The notes under the pieces: generated by a model | What the model saw: the letters and a program-made list of their open reading frames with translations, nothing else | Database searches by the model: none | What the model was told of the DNA's origin: nothing | Shown here: positions 9,865 to 19,549 of the stretch, piece after piece | Position numbering within the stretch: position 1 is the stretch's first letter | How the letters are laid out: each line of letters opens with the position of its first letter | Source: an uncultured Bacilli bacterium | GTDB lineage: Bacteria; Bacillota_I; Bacilli_A; RF39; UBA660 | Assembly: GCA_944358545.1 (NCBI GenBank) | Contig: CALVRJ010000004.1 | Span: forward strand, 1-54,520 | Length of the DNA stretch: 54,520 nucleotides | Direction of reading: 5' to 3' | Position numbers and translations under genes: made by a program

Positions 9865-11181
9865 ATGGACAGAAAAATATATAATGAATTACTTAAATGG
9901 AAAAACGAAAAGAATAATATAAAACCACTTATGGTTTTAGGGGTTAGGCAGTCAGGAAAAACTTATATTATCGATGAGTTTTGTAAAAGAGAATATAAGA
10001 ATTATATTTATGTTAATTTATTTGAAAATGACGATGTAATTAAGCTTTATAATTCAGACTTAAATTCTGATGAAAAGTTTGCTCAATTTAAGGTTTTGCT
10101 TAACTTTGATTTTGATAAAGAGGATCCAATTTTATTTATCGATGAGATTCAAGAGTCTGAAAAACTTATTTCAGAGCTTAAGTATTTTTGTGAGAGACAC
10201 AATAATGTGAAAATTATATGTGCGGGCTCTTTGCTTGGCGTTAAACTTAAAAGATCTAAGTTTTCATTTCCTGTCGGAAAAGTAAAGATGCTTAATATGT
10301 ATCCAATGGATTTTGAAGAGTTTTTAATGGCAATGGGTGAGAATTTATTAATTAAGATGATTAGAGATAGTTATAAAAATAATAAAGCTTTATCTGAGCC
10401 ATTACATAATAAAGCAATGAGACTTTATTATACTTATTTAATTACTGGTGGAATGCCTGAGAGTGTTAAATCAATGGTGGCAACTAATGGTGATTATATA
10501 AAATATGATATTTCAATTTTACCAGATATAGTTAGTTCATATTTTAAGGATATGGATAAATATGTGACAAGTGAAGCAGAATCTTTAAAAATACAAAGAG
10601 TTTATAATTCGCTTCCTTCACAACTTTCTAATTTATCAAATAAATTTCAATTTTCGAAGGTTGTTAAAGGGGCAAGAGCTAGAGAATACGAAACTTCTTT
10701 AGACTGGCTTTTAGCTAGTAATATGGTTCTTTTATCTAAGATGGTTAGGGTACCTGAGATTCCTTTGGTAGGTTATGCATATAATGATATTTTTAAGATA
10801 TATTTGAGTGATGTTGGGATACTTAATAGTATTTTAAAAATATCAATGAATGATATTTTGTCAAATAATATTTCTTTATATAAAGACGTAATTGCGGAGA
10901 ATTATGTGGCTAATCAACTTGTTTGTAATAATCATGATTTATTTTATTGGCAGAATAATACGTCTAAGGTTGATTTTTTACTTTATTCAAAAGAGGGAAT
11001 TATTCCGGTAGAAGTTAAAGCTTCTGATAATGTTAGATCAAAAAGTTTAAATGTTTATTTTGAAAAGTATCATCCTAAGTACATGGTAAGAATTAGTGCG
11101 AGAAATTTTGGATTTGATTCTAAGAAGAATATTAAGTCAGTTCCACTTTATGCGGTATTTTGTATCGAAAAAGATTTGTAA
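9865..11181 (+). CDS. AAA+ ATPase (AAA_14 type) with DUF4143 and C-terminal PD-(D/E)XK-like motif
   Basis: Walker A GVRQSGKT, Walker B LFIDEIQ, AGSLLG, YPMDFEEFL, GGMPE, KIYLSDVG, ENYVA, VDFLL...PVEVKAS. Confidence 0.9.
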   Translation: MDRKIYNELLKWKNEKNNIKPLMVLGVRQSGKTYIIDEFCKREYKNYIYVNLFENDDVIKLYNSDLNSDEKFAQFKVLLNFDFDKEDPILFIDEIQESEKLISELKYFCERHNNVKIICAGSLLGVKLKRSKFSFPVGKVKMLNMYPMDFEEFLMAMGENLLIKMIRDSYKNNKALSEPLHNKAMRLYYTYLITGGMPESVKSMVATNGDYIKYDISILPDIVSSYFKDMDKYVTSEAESLKIQRVYNSLPSQLSNLSNKFQFSKVVKGARAREYETSLDWLLASNMVLLSKMVRVPEIPLVGYAYNDIFKIYLSDVGILNSILKISMNDILSNNISLYKDVIAENYVANQLVCNNHDLFYWQNNTSKVDFLLYSKEGIIPVEVKASDNVRSKSLNVYFEKYHPKYMVRISARNFGFDSKKNIKSVPLYAVFCIEKDL

Positions 11182-11290
11182 ATTTAAACAAAGTAGATGT
11201 TTTACTTTGTTTTTTCATTGATAGTTTAGTGTTTATTTGCTATAATGAGAACAGTGTAGAAGACATGTTCTATATTAAAGGAGTATAAAA

Positions 11291-12019
11291 ATGGATTATA
11301 GTAATTTAAAAGTGCCTAATCACGTGGCAATTATTGTCGATGGAAATGGAAGATGGGCAACAGAAAGAGGTCTTTCTAGAAGTAAAGGACATGAACAAGG
11401 TTTTATTAATGTAAAAAAACTTAGTAGATATATTTTTTCAAAAGGAATTAATTATTTAAGTGCTTATCTATTTTCAACGGAAAATTTTAAAAGAAGTAAG
11501 GCAGAAGTAGATTTTTTAATGAATTTACTTACGGGCAGAATGAAAGATATATTGGATTTTTGTCATGAAGATAAAATAAAGGTTGTTTTTTCTGGTAGAC
11601 GTGAGGGTTTATCAGAAAAAGTAATAAAAACTATTTTAGAAATTGAAGAAGAGACTAAAGATTATGATAAAGTATTTAACTTATGTTTTAATTATGGTGG
11701 ACATGCAGAAATTGTCGATGCAACGAAAAAAATAGTTAAAGATGTAGAAAGTGGAAAACTTAATATAGATGATTTAAACGAGGATATTTATAGTCATTAT
11801 TTATATCAGGATTTGCCACCAGTAGATTTACTTATAAGAACAAGTGGAGAAATGAGACTTAGTAATTTTTTACTTTGGCAAGTTTCTTATGCAGAGTTTT
11901 ATTTTCCAAAGACTTATTTTCCGGATTTTGACGAAAAAGAATTCGATAAAGCTATAGTCGAATATACAAAACGTGATAGAAGGTTTGGAGGGATAAATTA
12001 TGAAGACAAGAGTAATTAG
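11291..12019 (+). CDS. uppS: Undecaprenyl diphosphate synthase
   Basis: PNHVAIIVDGNGRWA, FSTENFKR, DLLIRTSGEMRLSNFLLWQ. Confidence 0.97.
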   Translation: MDYSNLKVPNHVAIIVDGNGRWATERGLSRSKGHEQGFINVKKLSRYIFSKGINYLSAYLFSTENFKRSKAEVDFLMNLLTGRMKDILDFCHEDKIKVVFSGRREGLSEKVIKTILEIEEETKDYDKVFNLCFNYGGHAEIVDATKKIVKDVESGKLNIDDLNEDIYSHYLYQDLPPVDLLIRTSGEMRLSNFLLWQVSYAEFYFPKTYFPDFDEKEFDKAIVEYTKRDRRFGGINYEDKSN

Positions 12020-12800
12020 TGCGATTGTTGCTTTGATTATTTTAGTTCCACTTATTATAGTAGGAGGAACAGCTTATAATATAGGTGTTTATGTTATTGC
12101 TTTACTTGGGTTAAAAGAGTTTTTAGACATTAAAGCAACTAAGAAACCATTTCCAATATTTATTCAATTTATGGCTTATGTATTTATGACGTTAGTAATT
12201 TTGAGTAATGAAAAGTTACTGTCTATGGATTTTGAACTTGATTTTCGACTTTTAGCTGCTTTGTTTATTACATTTTTATTACCGGTCGTTCTATATCATG
12301 ATCAAAAAAAATATAGTATTAATGACGCATTTTATATGATGGGGGGCCTTTTATTCTTAAGTATTTCGATGACTCTATTAATGATTGTTCGAAATATTGG
12401 TCTTGAAATGCTTATTTATTTACTTTTAATTACAACAATGACAGATATTTTCGCTTATGTAACAGGAATGCTTATTGGCAAGCATAAATTATTAGAGGTT
12501 ATTTCACCAAATAAGACTTGGGAAGGTACAATAGGTGGAACTATTATGGGGGTTTTTGTAAGTGCGATGTTTTATCATACGGTTATTGACCCTGAATTTT
12601 CTAAAGTTTACTTACTTTTGATTTCTCTTTTCTTATCAATTTTAGGACAATATGGTGATTTAGTATTTTCAGCTATTAAAAGATATTTTGGAAAGAAAGA
12701 TTTTTCAAATATTATGCCAGGACATGGTGGAGTTTTAGATAGACTTGATAGTTTAATTTTTGTTCTTCTTGGTTTTGTGTTTTTTGTAAATATTTTATAG
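12000..12800 (+). CDS. cdsA: Phosphatidate cytidylyltransferase
   Basis: ISPNKTWEG, SAIKR, KDFSNIMPGHGGVLDRLDS. Confidence 0.97.
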   Translation: MKTRVISAIVALIILVPLIIVGGTAYNIGVYVIALLGLKEFLDIKATKKPFPIFIQFMAYVFMTLVILSNEKLLSMDFELDFRLLAALFITFLLPVVLYHDQKKYSINDAFYMMGGLLFLSISMTLLMIVRNIGLEMLIYLLLITTMTDIFAYVTGMLIGKHKLLEVISPNKTWEGTIGGTIMGVFVSAMFYHTVIDPEFSKVYLLLISLFLSILGQYGDLVFSAIKRYFGKKDFSNIMPGHGGVLDRLDSLIFVLLGFVFFVNIL

Positions 12801-12814
12801 AAAAGGGGTAATTT

Positions 12815-13849
12815 ATGACTTTAATATATTTTATCTTGATTTTAGGTATTGTGGTTTTGGTTCACGAGTTTGGCCACTTTATTTTTGCAAAAAAAGCCGG
12901 GGTATATGTTTATGAATTTTCGATTGGTATGGGTCCAAGACTTTTTAAATGGATGAGAAAAGGTGATGAAACTGAGTATTCGCTCAGACTTTTACCAATA
13001 GGTGGTTATTGTCAGCTAGCTGGTGAAGAAATAGATGACGATGAAAATGTTCCGAAGGATAAAAAGTTTGCCAGAAAGACATTTGGTCAAAAGATGATTA
13101 TTGCTTTTGCAGGAATTATGAACAACTTTATTTTGGCTATTATTTTACTTTTTATAATTGCACTTTTTAATGGTGCTCCGCAAAATAAAGCTTTAGTTGG
13201 AGAGATAAGTAAGGGTTTTCCAGCTTATACTTCTGGTCTTCAAGAAGGCGATGAAATTTTAACAATTAATGGTAGGAATGCTAGTAGTAATGATTTATTA
13301 GCTTTAGAGCTGCAGGTAAACGTTGGTAAAACTATCGATATGGAAGTTGAACGTAATGGTCAAGTTTTAGAGTTTACGATTAAACCAAAGAAAGTAAAAA
13401 TTGATGGTGAGGAAACTTATAAATATGGTTTTGTAATTAATGATGAAGTGAAACATGGCTTATGGGCTTCAATTGTGTATGCATTTACGAAAACACTTAG
13501 TATGCTTTGGCAAATGGTGTTGATGATTGTTTATTTATTTACGGGACAGCTTGGTCTTTCTTCTTTAGCTGGACCAGTAGGTATTTTTAGTGCGGTTGGG
13601 ACAGCAGCACAAAGTGGATTATGGTCTTTAGTTAGTTTTACAGCTTTGATTAGTGCGAATGTTGGGTTTATCAATTTACTTCCAATTCCGGCTTTTGATG
13701 GTGGAAGGATTTTCTTCTTAATTGCCGAAAAGATTAAGGGTAAACCAGTTGATCCAAGATTTGAAAATACGGTTCATGCGATTGGCTTTTTCTTATTAAT
13801 GCTTTTGATGATTTTGATAACTTACAACGATATATTAAGACTTTTCTAA
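12815..13849 (+). CDS. rseP: RIP metalloprotease RseP
   Basis: HEFGH, PDZ domain, NLLPIPAFDGG. Confidence 0.96.
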   Translation: MTLIYFILILGIVVLVHEFGHFIFAKKAGVYVYEFSIGMGPRLFKWMRKGDETEYSLRLLPIGGYCQLAGEEIDDDENVPKDKKFARKTFGQKMIIAFAGIMNNFILAIILLFIIALFNGAPQNKALVGEISKGFPAYTSGLQEGDEILTINGRNASSNDLLALELQVNVGKTIDMEVERNGQVLEFTIKPKKVKIDGEETYKYGFVINDEVKHGLWASIVYAFTKTLSMLWQMVLMIVYLFTGQLGLSSLAGPVGIFSAVGTAAQSGLWSLVSFTALISANVGFINLLPIPAFDGGRIFFLIAEKIKGKPVDPRFENTVHAIGFFLLMLLMILITYNDILRLF

Positions 13850-13859
13850 TGGAGGAATT

Positions 13860-14759
13860 ATGTTAAAGGTTTCACATATTAAGAAATATTATGACGATTT
13901 TTTGGCAGTTGATGATTTATCTTTTGAGGTTAAACCTGGTGAGATTTTTGGCTTGCTGGGAGTTAATGGAGCCGGAAAGACAACAACTTTTAGAATGATA
14001 ATTGGACTTTTGGAGCCTTCTAGTGGGAAAATTACGTTAGATGGAAAGCCTATTGATTATAGTGTGACTGATAAGATTGGCTTTTTAACGGAAGAAAGAA
14101 GTTTACTTACAAAGTTAACTGTTTTAGAGCAAGCTATTTATTATGGTGTTTTAAAAGGAATGAAGGAAGAAGACATCGAGAGACGATTAGATGAGCTTTT
14201 AGAAAAATTTAAGATTGCTGATTATAAGAATAAAAAGATAAAGGAACTTTCAAAAGGTAATCAGCAGAAAGTTCAATTTATAATGGCTATTATAAATAAT
14301 CCTAAGCTTTTAATTTTAGATGAGCCTTTTTCAGGACTTGATCCTTTTAATGTCGAACTTTTTAAGGATGAAATAAAAGAGATGGCAAGTAATGGCAGTA
14401 TGATCATTTTTTCTTCGCACCGAATGGAACATGTTGAACTTTTTTGTAAAAAGTTAATTGTCTTAAAAAATGGGAAGTCTGTTTTAGAGGGCGATTTAAA
14501 GGAAATAAAGCACAAGTTTAGGAAGAAGAATATTATTATATCAGGAGAAGTTGATACGGAAGAGATAAAAAAGATAAAAGGTGTGATATCTGTTAATAAA
14601 AACAATTTGGATTATGAGGTCAAGATTGCCGATGAGAGTGTTGTTGATTTAGTTTTTAAAGTTGTAAGTAAAGGTAAAAATATAACTAAATTTTTAGTGG
14701 AAGAACCAAGTTTAAATGAAATATTTATCGAAAAAGTAGGTGAGACTTATGAAAAATAA
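13860..14759 (+). CDS. ABC transporter ATP-binding protein (YhaQ/NatA-like)
   Basis: GVNGAGKT, LSKGNQQK, LILDEPFSGLDP. Confidence 0.93.
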   Translation: MLKVSHIKKYYDDFLAVDDLSFEVKPGEIFGLLGVNGAGKTTTFRMIIGLLEPSSGKITLDGKPIDYSVTDKIGFLTEERSLLTKLTVLEQAIYYGVLKGMKEEDIERRLDELLEKFKIADYKNKKIKELSKGNQQKVQFIMAIINNPKLLILDEPFSGLDPFNVELFKDEIKEMASNGSMIIFSSHRMEHVELFCKKLIVLKNGKSVLEGDLKEIKHKFRKKNIIISGEVDTEEIKKIKGVISVNKNNLDYEVKIADESVVDLVFKVVSKGKNITKFLVEEPSLNEIFIEKVGETYEK

Positions 14760-16065
14760 ACTGAAGTTTTTAGTTAAAATAAGTCTAAATCGAAAAATAA
14801 AGACTAAATGGTTTGTTTTAGCTAATGTGATATTTGCTGTATTAATAGTTGGACTTTTTAATGCGGATACGATTATAAATGCTTTTGGTGGTGATTTTGA
14901 CGAGGTTCAAAAGGTTTATGTCAAGGATAATAGTAATTCAGAGTATAAGACTTATAATCTTTTGAAGGAGCAAAATGAGTCTTATAAAAAGCTTACAAGT
15001 AATTCGGATAATGCGTTTAAATTTAAGAAGACTAAGGATAATGCTAAGGATATAATAAAAAAAGATAAGGATGCATGGGTTTTAGTAATCGATAATGATA
15101 AGGACAATGTTATTCGGGTAAAGCTTGTTTCAGAAGGCTATGCTAGTGCGAGTGAGTATGCACAAATTACGACGATTTTAAACGATGTTAAATCTTCTTT
15201 AGCTTTATCTTTGAGTAATATTAGTTCTGCTGAACTTAAGAAAATTTCATCACCGATTCAGCTTGAGAGAAAGATTTTAGATGAAAGCAAAAAGAGTGAA
15301 GCTGAAGGTACACAGATGATTATGAGTACGGTATTTCCTTTAATTATTTTACCATTTTTTGCTTTAACGATATTTTTAGTTCAGATGGTTGGAGCAGAAG
15401 TTAACGACGAGAAAACAACCCGAGGAATGGAAATTATTATTTCTAATGTTTCACCAAAAGTTCATTTCTTTTCGAAAGTAATTGCAAGTAATTTATTTGT
15501 TTTGGTGCAAGGAGTATTATTAGTTGGATATGCTTTACTCGGAATTGGAATTAGGTCTTATTTTGGAAGTAAAAGTATACTTGGGGCAAGTAGTTTTGAT
15601 ATAAAAGGTTTACTTAATAGTATAATTGGTAGTGATGTAATGTCTCAGCTTGGGTATGTTATTCCACTGGCTTTAATACTTATGATTTTGACTTTTATTG
15701 GATATGCTTTACTAGCCGGAATACTTGCTTCAATGACAACTAATACAGAAGATTTTCAACAGTTACAGATGCCAATTGTTATTTTATCTTTGGTGGGATA
15801 TTATTTAGCAATGATGGCAGGTGTATTTGAAGGGTCAATTTTTATTAAAATATTTGCTTTTGTACCGTTTATTTCAGCAATACTTGCTCCGTCGCTTTTA
15901 ATTTTAGGACAGATTGGGGTTGTAGAGTTTGTTATTGCAATTATACTTATGATAGTTACTAATTATGTCTTAATAAAATATGGCCTCAGAATTTATAAGG
16001 TAGGTATTTTAAATTATTCTTCGAAGAATTTATGGAAGAAAATGTTTAAAGCTTTAAGGAGATAG
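14749..16065 (+). CDS. ABC-2 type permease (YhaP/NatB-like)
   Basis: Multiple TM helices, EVNDEKTTRGMEIIIS; overlaps the ATPase gene. Confidence 0.9.
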   Translation: MKNKLKFLVKISLNRKIKTKWFVLANVIFAVLIVGLFNADTIINAFGGDFDEVQKVYVKDNSNSEYKTYNLLKEQNESYKKLTSNSDNAFKFKKTKDNAKDIIKKDKDAWVLVIDNDKDNVIRVKLVSEGYASASEYAQITTILNDVKSSLALSLSNISSAELKKISSPIQLERKILDESKKSEAEGTQMIMSTVFPLIILPFFALTIFLVQMVGAEVNDEKTTRGMEIIISNVSPKVHFFSKVIASNLFVLVQGVLLVGYALLGIGIRSYFGSKSILGASSFDIKGLLNSIIGSDVMSQLGYVIPLALILMILTFIGYALLAGILASMTTNTEDFQQLQMPIVILSLVGYYLAMMAGVFEGSIFIKIFAFVPFISAILAPSLLILGQIGVVEFVIAIILMIVTNYVLIKYGLRIYKVGILNYSSKNLWKKMFKALRR

Positions 16066-16071
16066 GTAACA

Positions 16072-16461
16072 ATGGAATTTATCGAGAAACATAAACTTTT
16101 GATTTCAATAATTATTTTAGTTATTTTAGTTATTATGGTTGCCGGACAAAATAAAAAGGCAGTTATTGTAAATGCGACTGACCCAGAGAGTGTTAGTGAG
16201 CTTACTGCAGATAAAGATGTCGTAATTATTGACGTACGCAGTAAATCGGAGTATAATGATGGACATATTCCGCATGCTAAAAATATCGAATATACACAAA
16301 TTAGAGATAAAGTTAAATATGATTTAAATACAAAGATTGCGGTTTATTGTCAAACAGGCGCTCGTAGTCATGTGGCTGCGGTTCAACTCAATGAAATGGG
16401 TTATAAGTATGTTTATGATATGGGTGGCATCGATAATTATAGAGGTAAACTTGTTAAATAG
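16072..16461 (+). CDS. Rhodanese-domain protein with N-terminal TM
   Basis: IIDVRS..EY..GHIPHA, YCQTGARS. Confidence 0.93.
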   Translation: MEFIEKHKLLISIIILVILVIMVAGQNKKAVIVNATDPESVSELTADKDVVIIDVRSKSEYNDGHIPHAKNIEYTQIRDKVKYDLNTKIAVYCQTGARSHVAAVQLNEMGYKYVYDMGGIDNYRGKLVK

Positions 16462-16472
16462 TTTACTTTTAT

Positions 16473-16558
16473 GCATGGGTGGCGGAATGGTAGACGCGCT
16501 ACTTTGAGGGGGTAGTGAGGGAGACCTTGTGCGAGTTCAAATCTCGTCTCATGCACCA
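16473..16558 (+). tRNA. tRNA-Leu(GAG)
   Basis: GCATGGG acceptor, GGAATGGTAGAC D-arm, CTACT-TTGAGGG-GGTAG anticodon arm, long variable arm, GTTCAAATC, encoded CCA. Confidence 0.96.
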
Positions 16559-16573
16559 TTTTTTGAATTTAAT

Positions 16574-16596
16574 GGGACTTTTTAAAGTCTCTTTTA
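16574..16596 (+). terminator. Terminator after tRNA-Leu
   Basis: GGGACTTT/AAAGTCTC stem plus T-run. Confidence 0.7.
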
Positions 16597-16623
16597 ATTT
16601 TTTGAAGAAAGAAGTGAATATAG

Positions 16624-17418
16624 ATGAATGAGGTACCAAAGTTTTTATATAGAGGAATTAAGGTTAAGTTACAAGATATTGCTGGTTTTGATTTTAAAGG
16701 TGATATAACACCATATTACGAATCGAAAACAGATGATTTTGGCCGAGAAATTGTTAGAGATGGCAATGAGTATGGTATTTATATGAGTGATAATAAAAGG
16801 GTGGCAATGGGTGTATATGGAAAACCAGATATTACAGATGGAACAATTATAATAAAGATAGGTTTAGATGATTATTTGAGATATCCTTGTATAGGAATTG
16901 TTTATGAAATAGATACAGATAATATTTTGGTTCGGAGACCTTGGATAACAGGTTATTTAAAAGAAGTTTATAATAATGGTTTTCAAGGTAATGAATATAT
17001 TACGGATTTTATTCCAAGAGAAAGTTATAAGATAATTAGAATTACGATAGGAGAAGATTATTTACATAAATCTTTAAAGATAGATGTAGATGATTTAGAT
17101 AAATGCATTTTAAAATTACAGGATGAAATAAAGAAAAGAATTACAGATATTAATAATTTTGCAAGTTATGTTAAAAATATGCCAAAAGGTAAGCAGATGA
17201 GTTTAAGTATGTATAAAGATTTAATGGTAGATTTATTTGGAAGTAATGGAATAGCAAATAGGGATGATTTTGCTTTAAATGATGATAAAGATGGTTTAGA
17301 TTTTTTGTTAAAAAAAGAATTGTATACGTATGATTTTCAGCATATGAAAGATATTTTGAGTTTAAAGAGAGATTTAAAAGATAATTTTGATGATGTTTTA
17401 AGTAATAGAAGATATTAG
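16624..17418 (+). CDS. Hypothetical protein, possible ADP-ribosyltransferase fold
   Basis: LYRG ... GIYMSDNKRVA ... GIVYEID ... QGNEYITDFIP ordered motifs. Confidence 0.55.
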   Translation: MNEVPKFLYRGIKVKLQDIAGFDFKGDITPYYESKTDDFGREIVRDGNEYGIYMSDNKRVAMGVYGKPDITDGTIIIKIGLDDYLRYPCIGIVYEIDTDNILVRRPWITGYLKEVYNNGFQGNEYITDFIPRESYKIIRITIGEDYLHKSLKIDVDDLDKCILKLQDEIKKRITDINNFASYVKNMPKGKQMSLSMYKDLMVDLFGSNGIANRDDFALNDDKDGLDFLLKKELYTYDFQHMKDILSLKRDLKDNFDDVLSNRRY

Positions 17419-17536
17419 ATTTTATTAAATGGGTTGTTTTTTAAAGAAATTTTGGCTTTTAAAATTATTTTGACATATGATTATAAAAAGATTGCTTAAA
17501 AGCGATAGTAAATGTTATAATTACAAAAGGAGATGA

Positions 17537-18682
17537 TTGGTCATGAAGGATATAGGATTTAAGATGATGACTTTTTTGATGATTTTTTTAGTTCCAATAT
17601 CTGTTTTGGCTGATCCAATAACAACAGATCCAACTAATCCTAGTACAGGAGATACAACTATACCTTCGACGCCAGAGGTTCCTAGTACAGGTGATAATAC
17701 GAATCCGACACCTGATATATCTGATAATAATAATCAGTCTAATTCGCAAAATAATAGTGATAATGCTGGTGATGTTATTTATCAGCAGAACCAGAATACT
17801 AGCCGAAGTACAAATGCTAATTTAGGTTCTTTGAAAGTTGATGGAGTAGATATTGCGATTAATAATGAAATGTATGCGACAACGGGTAATGAAAATCCGT
17901 CGATTGTAGCTATTCCTAGTAGTGACAAAGCTTCAATTAAAATCGATAAGCCAGAGAAATTTGTATATGGTGATAATATAGTGACGATTACTATTACGGC
18001 AGAAAATTTTTATGTTGTTAAAACCTATACTTTGCATTTGAAATTAGTAAGTACAGATGCAACACTGAAAAATTTAAAAATAGATGGTAAAAAGGTAAAA
18101 ATATCTGATAAAACCGAGTATAGAACGGATAAGAAAAAAATTAGTATCGAAGCAGTTACAAATAATAAAAATGCAACGGTTAGTTTTGAAAATGCGGATA
18201 ATTTAAAACTTGGTAAGAACAAAGTTATTGTTAGAGTTACAGCTGAAGATGGGGTAACTGTAAAAGAATATATAATTAATGTTACTAGAGTTAAACATTT
18301 AATTGGCGATGTTGGAGTTACGGTTACAGTTAATGGTGAGAAAGCAGATTTTAAAGATTATAAGAGTAAAATAATTTATATTGATAATGAGGTTAATAAA
18401 TTAAATATAAAATATAAACTTTCAGATAAGTATGCGGAAATCGACTTAAAATACGATAAAAAAATAGAAGTTGGCGATAAGGAAATTACTTTTACAGTAA
18501 CTGCAGAAAATGGTAAAAAACAAGAATATGTTTTAAATATACATCGGTTTAGTATATTTGAAGAGATACTGGCTTCAGGAATCGGTGTTTGTATTATGGG
18601 AGCAGTGGCGGTTTTAATTTTCTTTATTGCTAAAAAGATTATAAAAGAGAAAAAACATAGAATTTACAAGGTTAAATTATAA
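17537..18682 (+). CDS. Surface protein with cadherin-like beta-sandwich repeats
   Basis: Signal peptide, P/T/N-rich linker, three ..VTAE(D/N)..(K)xY repeats, C-terminal TM plus basic tail. Confidence 0.85.
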   Translation: MVMKDIGFKMMTFLMIFLVPISVLADPITTDPTNPSTGDTTIPSTPEVPSTGDNTNPTPDISDNNNQSNSQNNSDNAGDVIYQQNQNTSRSTNANLGSLKVDGVDIAINNEMYATTGNENPSIVAIPSSDKASIKIDKPEKFVYGDNIVTITITAENFYVVKTYTLHLKLVSTDATLKNLKIDGKKVKISDKTEYRTDKKKISIEAVTNNKNATVSFENADNLKLGKNKVIVRVTAEDGVTVKEYIINVTRVKHLIGDVGVTVTVNGEKADFKDYKSKIIYIDNEVNKLNIKYKLSDKYAEIDLKYDKKIEVGDKEITFTVTAENGKKQEYVLNIHRFSIFEEILASGIGVCIMGAVAVLIFFIAKKIIKEKKHRIYKVKL

Positions 18683-18752
18683 AATCACAAATAATTATTT
18701 TTTGTGATTTTTTTGTGAAATATATGATATAATTTTTATAAGGAGGAAGTTT

Positions 18753-19271
18753 ATGAAGAGAGTTTTATTATGTGGTTTACTTACTACAATTATTTTGTTT
18801 ACTGGAGGCTGTGGCGACGAGGACGTTACGAATAATAAGAAAGCCGACGATAATAAAAAAGAAAATGTAGTAAAAGAAGAAAGTTCTAAAAATATTCATT
18901 GTACACTTTCTACAGAAAACAATGGAGTGTCACTTAATTCAGAATATACTATTCATGTTAATGGTAAATATGCGGATAAAGTAGAAACACTTGAAACGGT
19001 AAATGTTTCTTCTGATGAGTTAGCAAATTTTTATAAGAGTTATTTTGAAAACACTTATAATGCAATGAATGATTCATATGGTGGATATGATATTAATGTG
19101 TCGATTGATGGAACAAAGGTTACATCTGATACGACTATCGATTATACCAAGATGAATATTGAGCAACTTGCTAAAGATGATTCTTCAATAAATTCTATTG
19201 TTGAAAATGGTAAAATAAAAGCAGATGGACTTAGAAGTGTTTATGAAACTATGGGCGCAACTTGTAAATAA
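18753..19271 (+). CDS. Lipoprotein (YehR/DUF1307-like)
   Basis: Lipobox-like FTGGC; IDYTKMN..L and terminal YE.MGATCK. Confidence 0.7.
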   Translation: MKRVLLCGLLTTIILFTGGCGDEDVTNNKKADDNKKENVVKEESSKNIHCTLSTENNGVSLNSEYTIHVNGKYADKVETLETVNVSSDELANFYKSYFENTYNAMNDSYGGYDINVSIDGTKVTSDTTIDYTKMNIEQLAKDDSSINSIVENGKIKADGLRSVYETMGATCK

Positions 19272-19310
19272 AAAAGTACTTAATCTATTTGATTTAGATT
19301 AAGTATTTTA
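19272..19310. terminator. Hairpin terminator after the lipoprotein gene, possibly bidirectional
   Basis: AAAAGTACTTAATCTA / TAGATTAAGTATTTT. Confidence 0.7.
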
Positions 19311-19366
19311 TTATAAATTAAGTAAAAAAAACGCTGAAACTGAATTTCAACGGATAATTACATAAC

Positions 19367-19442
19367 TGGTGCTGGAAACAGGACTTGAACCTGCGACCTG
19401 CTGATTACGAAACAGCTGCTCTACCAACTGAGCTAATCCAGC
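19367..19442 (-). tRNA. tRNA-Thr(CGT)
   Basis: Reverse complement GCTGGATTAGCTCAGTTGGTAGAGCAGCTGTTTCGTAATCAGCAGGTCGCAGGTTCAAGTCCTGTTTCCAGCACCA (76 nt). Confidence 0.95.
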
Positions 19443-19549
19443 GTATTGATATGTGAATTCAGGTACATAAACATTATATACTTTTTTTTACGTTTTGAAT
19501 AGATGTTTTTGTTTAAATTTTAGTGTATAATGGTTTTTAGGGTGATTTT

